Part shown: positions 55,190 to 64,000 of the stretch, in pieces
Layout: the number at the start of each line of letters is the position of its first letter
Numbering within the stretch: the first letter of the stretch is position 1
NCBI GenBank assembly: GCA_951406725.2
Contig: OX597817.1
Span: 131,750,001 to 131,814,000, forward strand
DNA: 64,000 nt
Reading direction: 5' to 3'
Source of the DNA: Octopus vulgaris
Lineage: Eukaryota
Translations under genes and position numbers: made by a program
The notes under the pieces: model-generated
Database searches by the model: none
What the model was told of the DNA's origin: nothing
Seen by the model: only the letters and a program-made list of their open reading frames with translations

Positions 55190-55353
55190 GGCGCAGGAGT
55201 GGCTGTGTTGTAAATAGCTTCCTTACCAACCACATGATTCCAGCTTCAGTCCCACTACGTGGCACCTTGTCCAAGTGTCTTCTACTATAGCCTTCAGGCC
55301 GACCAAAGCCTTGTGAGTGGAGTATGTACATGGAAACTGAAAGAAGCCCGTCG
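55190..55353 (+). mobile_element. family B SINE head with a fold-back duplication of its 5' end
   Basis: Standard head. 55135-55170 is the reverse complement of 55185-55221. Confidence 0.88.
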
Positions 55354-55431
55354 TATATATATGCGTATATATGTATTGCATACATGTTTTATATACACAC
55401 ACACACGCGCGCGGACATATACGTACATATA

Positions 55432-55469
<38 letters not shown>

Positions 55470-55883
55470 TATTCTACTAGTGCATTTACTAAACATATGC
55501 TATTGGAGAAAGCAGTTATTTCAGAACTCTCACGTGCATTGAAATCCGTATTCATAATGTATATTATTACTCACCTTCTCATTTTCACTATTGGTTCGAT
55601 TTTACAATATTGAACAATTTGTATCGTTGCTTAATAGGTTTCAATAATTAAGTACACGTAACATACACTGAATATTACACTCAGTGCTATTACTTTCCGG
55701 CAGTTGTATCGCTGAAATACCGAAGTAAGGAATAACCTTAGAAGACCAAATATAATAGAATACACTACAATATTTTATTATGTTATACTATATTATGAAT
55801 GTATATATATATATATAACTGAGTAAGCACATAAATGCGAAACAAGGTGGAAATAATAGTGCTCGAATACCAGAGGTAGAGTA

Positions 55884-56056
55884 ATATGTTTTATTTAAAA
55901 GCAACAGACATATCACAAAAATTGTTACTCAGAGTTTCGTGTTCCCGTTCGTCGGACGGTTTAGTTTAGAATCTAAGCAAAACTGACCGACGAACGGTAA
56001 CTTGAAACTCTGAGTAACAGTTTTGTTATATTTTTGCTGCTTTTTAATAAAGCATA
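55884..56056. repeat. head-to-head inverted pair of hammerhead-like elements (same family as 25527)
   Basis: Plus: aaaactga-CCGACGA-acggtaactt-GAAACTCTGAGTA-acagtttt. Minus: aaaccgt-CCGACGA-acgggaacac-GAAACTCTGAGTA-acaa. Each is followed by AATAAA. Confidence 0.75.
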
Positions 56057-56285
56057 TATATATATATATATATATATTTTTTTTATAGAAGGAACTTCTA
56101 CAGGACTAGAACTGTTTCATTCAAATGAAATCATCAGGAAGCTTGCTGCCAAAATAAGATCTGGCATTTATATATATATATATATATATATGGCGGTGCC
56201 CCAGCATGGCCACAGCTCGTGAGCTGAAACTAGATAAAATTAAAAATTAAAAAAAATATATACATACATACATACACACACACAC

Positions 56286-56340
<55 letters not shown>

Positions 56341-56343
<3 letters not shown>

Positions 56344-56597
56344 AATCTATCGGAGCCTATTGCCGAACCGCTAAGTTAGGGGTACGTAAACACACCAGCA
56401 TCGGTTGTCATGCGATCTTGTGGGAACAAAGACAGACACACAAACATACACATACACGCCAACACACACACAGACACATATATACATATATATATATAAG
56501 ACGGGCATCTTTCAGTTTCCGTCTACCAAATCCACTTACAAGGCCTTTCCAACAATATTTGGCTGAGAAGCAAGCTTTTAATCACACAGCCATGGCT
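56341..56597 (-). mobile_element. family B SINE, internally deleted
   Basis: Tail and head motifs are both present. Confidence 0.75.
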
Positions 56598-56608
56598 ATA
56601 TATATCCA

Positions 56609-57101
<493 letters not shown>

Positions 57102-57813
57102 TATATAATTTACACACACAGAGGCACACATTTATGCACCCGCATCTATTTAAATCCTCTAGCAATCGGCGGACTTGCCATTTCCCAATATACGTAAGAA
57201 ATTCGGGGAATGTTCACTAAGTTAAATTACAATTTATACTTCATCTGCTTTGCTACTATACTACAACATACATACACATTTGCATGTATGCACGCATGCA
57301 TGCATACATACATACACACCTACATACATACATACATACATACATACATACATACATACATACATACATACATACATACATACATACATACATACATACA
57401 TAGGTGCGTACGTACGTACGTACATACATACATACATGTAAACATGTATCTGTGTATATGTGTGTTTGGGTCTATATATGTACGTATGTATATATATATA
57501 TAATATAATATAATATAATATAATTTTTTTCTTTGAAGTAGATTGATAAGCTTACCATTATAAATGTATGTATGCTATGAAACGCTAAAAAGCTTTGGTA
57601 TTTCGTGTAAAGGCGACTCCTTTAAACACATATTGGTTAAAATCACAACGCACATCAAAGCTAGAGGAAAGGAAACCGCCCCGGAAGTGAAAGAGAGCAA
57701 CAGATATCGATATTTCCCGGTCATTTCCGTTCTATGAGTCCTACAGCTACATAGAGATAGCTATATCTTTCTATCACTCTTTTCCTCTTTCTCCTTATAC
57801 ACACACACACTCC

Positions 57814-57847
<34 letters not shown>

Positions 57848-58318
57848 TCTTATATATATAATTGCTCATATATATGCATATATATATATATATGTATATG
57901 TATATGTATACATTTGAGCCCATGTTTATGACTTTGCCTGTATATACAATCCTATTTTTCTTCCCTAACATGTTTGTATATATGCATCAATGTGTATCCA
58001 TATTTGATTGTGTGGATGTATATTTAAGGTTTATCAAATAGGCAAGTGCGTTTGCGTTTATATTGGTTTGTGTGTTTATGTTTTATGTCTACAAATAAAC
58101 ACTTTCTAATTTTTTCAAATCTATGTATTTTGCTTGTTCTCCTCTCTCTTTCCTGCCTTGTGTTTACATTAAGAATGGCGAATTTCCTAAACATAGATCC
58201 AGTATCTTAATTGACCTGATGCAAAATATATCATTTATATTTAGCTGCTCTTCCATACACTGATACATTGTGTATGTATTTATGTATGTATGTTATTATA
58301 ATATAAATAATATATATA

Positions 58319-59017
58319 GGCGCAGGAGAGGCTGTGTGGTAAGTAGCTTGCTTACCAACCCCATGGTTCTGGGTTCAGTCCCACTGCGTGGCAACTTGGG
58401 TAGATATCTTAACTAGAGCTTCGAGCCCACCAAACTCTTGTGAGTGGATTTGGTAGACGGAAACTAAAGAAGCCCTTCCTATATATATATATAGAGAGAG
58501 AGTGGTTGTATACTGTCCAACATAACGTGACAGTCTCGTAAGGGAATTACACCACCGCTGTTTAGCCCTAAGAAGCATCAACGCTTCCTGTTGGCTTTGA
58601 CACATTTCCCGTGTCCTTATATTTGCGAAGGGGAGGCAAGCACCCCCATCAGCTAGGATTCACACCTGAGGACATGCATGTTTCTGGGACTTAACCAGTC
58701 ATCAGCCCAGGATAGTGAGGTCTGCTTGTTGAGATGCCTGTCTAGCCTTCGCAAATATATATATTTACAGTGAAATCTATTCACTGGTCACCGTAATTAG
58801 AAATTTTAAATTTTTAAATGTCTCAAAGAGACAGAGCGGTGGTGGAGCGATAGAGTGGTTGTATACTGTGTCAAAGCCGACAGGAAGCGTCGATGGTTCC
58901 TAGCGCTAAACAGCGGTGAGTAATTCCCTTACGGGACTGTCACGTTATGTTGACAGTATACAACCACTCTATCGCTCCACCACCGCTCATGTCTCTTTGA
59001 AACATTTAGAAATTTAA

Positions 59018-59077
<60 letters not shown>

Positions 59078-59088
59078 TATATATATAC

Positions 59089-59154
<66 letters not shown>

Positions 59155-59385
59155 GTATGTACGTATATGCATGTGTGTTTGTGATTGTCCCTCCAGCATC
59201 GCTTGACACCCGATGCTGGTGTGTTTACGTCCCCGTAACTTAGCGGTTCGGCAAAACAGAACCAATAGAATAAGTATTAGGCTTATAAAAATAAGTCTTG
59301 GTGTCGATTTGCTCGACTAAAGGCGGTGCACCGGCATGGCCGCAGTCAAATGGCTGAAATAAAAAAATAAAAATAAAAGAAAGAA
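58319..59385 (+). mobile_element. family B SINE (head 58319-58480, tail about 59175-59385) with a nested inverted-repeat/hammerhead composite
   Basis: Head and tail are intact. The insertion lies in the central (TA)n. Confidence 0.85.
58665..58711 (-). ncRNA. type-I hammerhead ribozyme candidate with intact core
   Basis: cctggg-CTGATGA-C-TGG ttaagtc CCA-GAA-ACATGCATGT-C-ctcagg: 6-bp stem I, 3-bp stem II, palindromic stem III, GUC triplet. Confidence 0.8.
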
Positions 59386-60232
59386 TATATACATATATAT
59401 ATATATACATATATATACATACACACACATATGTCTATATATGTGTGTGTGTGTATATATGTATATATATATACACATATACATATATACATACATACAT
59501 GCATACATATATATATATATATGAGAGGAAACTTTTGCATGTATATATACAATTGAAGCATTTATGTAGCTTCTTTATTAGTTCTGTCATGTAAAATAAT
59601 TCACTATACACGGAAATAACTATTGCATGTGGAAGACCGTGAAACGGCCGTAATCCGCGGATAATTATATTCACCATTTATTCTTTCCGTCTCTTTATGT
59701 TTCTTATAACCCTCATGACATAATTTCATGGATTGCATATCCTGGATGTCAGCTACATGGAAGTCTGCTGTATTGGGGTATTATGTGGTGTGATATCCTG
59801 ATCCTGTGGAGGAGCTTTGAGTGCATATGTTCCACTACAATTATTTATGTACGTGCACGCGCGTACTTATATTTATATGCATGTTTATATATATATATCT
59901 ATGCATACATACGTAAGCAGGTATATGTATGTGTATACATACATACGTAGATACATACATATATACAATCATATATACGTACATACATGCATACATCCAT
60001 ACATATGTACATACATACATTTATACATACGTACATTTACACATACATACGTACATACATATGTATATACATACGTACATACATGCATACGTACATACAT
60101 GCATACATACATACATACATGCAATCATACACACGTACATACACCCATACATACATACACACACATACATACACACACATACATACATACATACATACAT
60201 ACACACACACATACATACATACATACATACAT

Positions 60233-60283
<51 letters not shown>

Positions 60284-60949
60284 GGCAGACAGACAGACAG
60301 ACATGCATGCCTCCATCATTGTAATCGGCACTAAGATCGCATAATAAACAGGTGAGAAACGTTCAACGCCATTCACTCCCAACTGTGAACGAGTTAACTA
60401 CGTTTATTGCCGAGTCCAGTGACTTAGCAACCAATCATTTATTTACTTAACTGATTATATGTTTAATTTACTGGTTATTTCACTAGTAAGCAGTTTCTAA
60501 CGGAAACACTGCCGGAAGCCATCGGCAGGGATCGTTTCCGGTTCTAGAAGTAACAGTTCATTACTAAAAGATTTAGGTGCAGCAGCGACTCGTTATAGAT
60601 CAGTTGACTGCGTAGATGACGCCATATTAGTTGTGTGATTAAGTATCTGCTTATCGATTCGAGAAGGAGGAGTTTGTATATCGTACTTGGTGCTACATAA
60701 TGCGTCCCTACAAATGTACTATAACTGGTATGACCCAGTTAAATGTCAAGAAAACAAATAAAAATATACCGGTTATTTACGAATGTTTAAGGTTATTGAG
60801 TCAACACCGAATACATAATCGCATGAAAATTAATGCTTAATGATGTAACCTTAAATTATAATTAATAATGTGGGCTGAAATCTGGGTTAAGTTAGCATAT
60901 AATTTTAGTCGAAAGAGATTTTTTATAATAAAGTGATTTTTATAATATA

Positions 60950-61131
60950 GGCGCAGGAGTGGCTGTGTGGTAAGAATCTGGTTTCCGAACCACATGGTTC
61001 CGGATTCAGTCCCACTGCGTGATCCCTTGGGCAAGTATCTTCTACTATAGCCTCGGGCCGACCAATGACTTGTGAACGGATTTGGTAGACGGAAACTGAA
61101 AGAAGCCCGTCGTATGTGTGTATGTATATAT

Positions 61132-61199
<68 letters not shown>

Positions 61200-61671
61200 T
61201 AATAAAAGAATTCCAACCTTGTCTGATTTTCACGTTTTATTTACAATCTTATAATGATAATATATTATAATTGAGTAAAATAAATAAATAGTAGATGTTA
61301 AATATTCATTCTGATTGAACTAGTACTTTCATGCATTGAATTCTGCAATCTTCGGGTTCATGTAGTAGTGTTGACAGTCACAATTTTTGACTGTAGCAAA
61401 ATGAGTGATTCTGTGCTATAAATACAGCTGGGTAGGCTCAGAGTGCTAGGTTTGCAAATATATATATATATATATATATATTGGTTGGTTAGCTACATGT
61501 TGCTAGGTGGTTACTCAAAGGTATCTGACGGACCTCTGGGTCTCTAATCTGTTGCCGGTGTACACGTGATAAATTCGAACCCAAGCTAAATAAGCAATAG
61601 TAATAATACTTATTAATATATTCTTCTATACACAATCACAACACCCATATATATATATATCTATATATATT

Positions 61672-61705
<34 letters not shown>

Positions 61706-61912
61706 TGTGTTTGTTATTTGTGTCTGTGTTTATTCCCCACCCACCATAACTTGACAACCGATGTTGGTGTGTTTACGCCCCCGTGATAAGCGGTTCAGCA
61801 AAAGGGACTGATAGAATAAGTACTAGGCTTACAAATAATAAGTCCAGGGATCGCTTTGTTCGATTAAATGTGGTGCGCCAGCATGGCCGTAGTCAACTGA
61901 AACAAAAGAATA
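60950..61912 (+). mobile_element. family B SINE (head 60950-61113, tail about 61710-61912) with an expanded interior
   Basis: Head and tail are separated by about 600 bp of microsatellites and unclassified DNA. Confidence 0.75.
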
Positions 61913-61936
61913 TTTTTTTAAATAAGCTAACAGAGA

Positions 61937-62630
61937 AGGCCGCAAGTTGAGAGAATCGTTAAAGCGCTGCACAAGCTACTATCAGGCATTTATTTCGGCT
62001 GTTTACGTTCTGAGTTCAAATACTGCCGAGGTTGAGTTTGCTTTCCATACTTTCGGGGACGATGAAATGAGTGTTATTTAACCAGTGGAGATCGATGTAA
62101 TCGACTACTTCCACCTTCGCCCAACCCCCATGAGATTGCTGGCCTACCTAAAGTTAGAAAAATTTCATAAACACGTAAGATATAGAACATTTTGTTTGAT
62201 TGCTAATAAATTTGTGACGATTTTAAGATAAAGTACTTATCTTCGATCCTTAGTCGTGGCGTCAAATTCGCTCATTGTCAGCTTAGTCTTCAGTTCGTTA
62301 GAAATTTATGCAATTTCTAATAATATTATCCGGTCGTATAAAAGCTTAAATGAAAATGAAGTTTGTTATTTCAGATAAAGGCTCAATACAATATTTATTT
62401 CTTTATTGCCCACAAGGGGCTAAACACAGAGGGGAAAAACAAGGACAGACAAACGGATTAAGTCGATTACATCGACCCCAGTGCGTAACTGATACTTAAT
62501 TTATCGACCGCGAAAGGATGAAAGGCAAAGTCGACCTCGACGGAATTTGAACTCAGAACGTAACGGCAGACGAAATACCGCTAAGCATTTCGCCCGGCGT
62601 GCTAACGTTTTCTGCCAGCTCTCGGCGCCT
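61937..62630. mobile_element. inverted pair of family M SINEs: 61937-62160(+) and 62396-62630(-)
   Basis: Both carry the head and the Meta-like domain, facing tail to tail. Confidence 0.85.
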
Positions 62631-63015
62631 TTGATTGCTCTATGTAATTAATGTTATCCATATGTATGTACATGTTTGTGTGTATCTGTACATGTGGTAG
62701 AGTTATAGATGTATGAACATCACACATACACACACACACACACGCGCACACAAACACATAAACACACACACGCACTCACACATTCACTAATAAGCTCGCT
62801 TCCCTCACCACATATCATACATTGGGTTAATGCTGGTTTCCTCCTTCTGTCTTGCGAATTGACCTCACAAGTCTTTCGCTACCCTGCAGCTATGAAAAGA
62901 ACCATATTCCCAAGCTTACAGGCAGCGTGATCGAACATAAAGCCACGTGACTTTTTAATAAAGTTTTCCACCCCAAAGCTATGCCTATACCTATAAATAT
63001 TATTTATTTTGTTTT

Positions 63016-63328
63016 CTCTGCCTTAGCGAAGGTGGAGGTATTGTTTTCAGTCGCGTTTGTTTGTTTGTCCGTGGACAAGTTATCTCATGAACGGCTGGAT
63101 GGATTCAAATGAAACTTTCAGGGATGTTTGGCCTCGTGGTTGGCGCGAAATGATTAGATTTTAGGATCGATCCGGTACTGGACAAGGATTCTGGTTTATT
63201 TTTCCGGTTCTTTTATTTAAGTTTTGAGAGCGGTTGGGTTCATTTTAAAAATCCAGTCCGGGTAATTGTTGAGAGGTCGTTGGTGTTGTCTTGGTGAAGG
63301 TTTGCGCTCTCTGAGTGCTCTGCTTCTT
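63016..63328 (+). mobile_element. HINE (Helentron-associated, DINE-1-like) element
   Basis: 5' CTCTGCCTT..AAGGTGGAGG subTIR hairpin, (GTTT)n, GGATGGATTCAAATGAAACTT, 3' subTIR CTTGGTGAAGG followed by a GCGCTC-tct-GAGTGC hairpin. Confidence 0.75.
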
Positions 63329-64000
63329 ATGTTTCTATTGTTATCATACGCAAGCAAATGGTTTCTAGAATAACCGAAGATTCCAATTGGAACATCTGTT
63401 TTACTCTTCTAAAAGTTAGCTAGCTGTCTGATAATAAAGAAATCGCTATTTGTAAAGACCTTATTATTCTTAAGAAAGAAAATCCTTGACAGTAACACCT
63501 AAGTCTCAGCCAGTTTAGCCATCGTCAGATTGACATCTCAATCTGAAAATTCGAAGTCACTGTCAGAAATATTCTTGTTTAAAGATAAGAAACTTGTACT
63601 CAACAAAATTATAACCCAGCAGAATAATGCAAAATTATTTTTTTAAAAATTACAACTGAATATAAACAAACATTCACATATTTGTAAAGACTCTGTTTTC
63701 AACTATTTGTTTCACTTCTTCGGGCCTTCTTGCCAGAGCAAAACCTTTGGAGATGAAAGTCGAGCTGAACAAAGCCTCAACATCAATGGCGTCAAGTGAT
63801 CTAAGAAACATCCAAACAATTTGTTTTGATGGCACTCCCCGTTTCCCGTGAGAACCACCGCAATGAGGGGGTGAATGAAATCAAGAGAATCAAATATGTT
63901 GAGCTGGTGGATATATACAAAAGCAATGGGTAACAGGCTAAGTTATGGGGACGTAAACAACAACACCGGTTTTCAAGCGGTGGGGATAGACCTACACACA

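Noticed and set aside
58560-58600. Pistol-ribozyme-like AGCCCTAAG stretch
   Set aside because: The upstream pseudoknot partner and the other conserved pistol elements are absent.
58499-59025. DIRS-type ITR/ICR interpretation of the nested inverted repeats
   Set aside because: Segment B repeats the left-arm start directly instead of complementing it, and no tyrosine recombinase or RT remnant is seen.
59626-59667. Hammerhead-like GACCGT gaa ACGGCC-GTAA-TCCGCGGAT-A
   Set aside because: The palindromic stem III and stem II are suggestive, but both core strands are altered and there is no stem I. Not counted.
60500-60545. CGGAAAC..TGCCG/CGGCA..GTTTCCG hairpin and CCGGAAG ETS-like motifs (also 57681)
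   Set aside because: Single short occurrences with no supporting promoter or element context.

Overview
Eukaryotic, AT-rich, repeat-saturated non-coding DNA. The SINE families and the dense (TA)n/(CA)n/(CATA)n/(TAA)n microsatellites strongly suggest an octopus or other coleoid cephalopod; this is inferred from recognising the repeats. I found no intact host gene. Nearly all listed ORFs are microsatellite read-throughs. The real coding remnants are all decayed transposons: CR1-type and RTE LINEs, several R4/Dong-type RLE LINE pieces in (TAA)n, Tc1/mariner transposases and a possible Gypsy gag fragment. Non-coding elements include many tRNA-derived SINEs (Meta-domain type, a bipartite type with an internal microsatellite, and head/tail-swapped types), Helitron- and HINE-like non-autonomous elements, and a Tigger-like MITE with a variable 30-bp array. 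The most striking unexplained pattern is about 15 minimal type-I hammerhead-ribozyme-like motifs. They come from many unrelated short element families, most abut (TA)n tracts, and they often sit in fold-back inverted repeats. Several carry recurrent core variants (U3:A8, G3:C8, A6C). The best example (58665-58711, minus strand) has a canonical core at the tip of a ~140-nt hairpin. There are also several local inverted or templated duplications. All alignments and folds were done by eye, and coordinates of old repeats are approximate.
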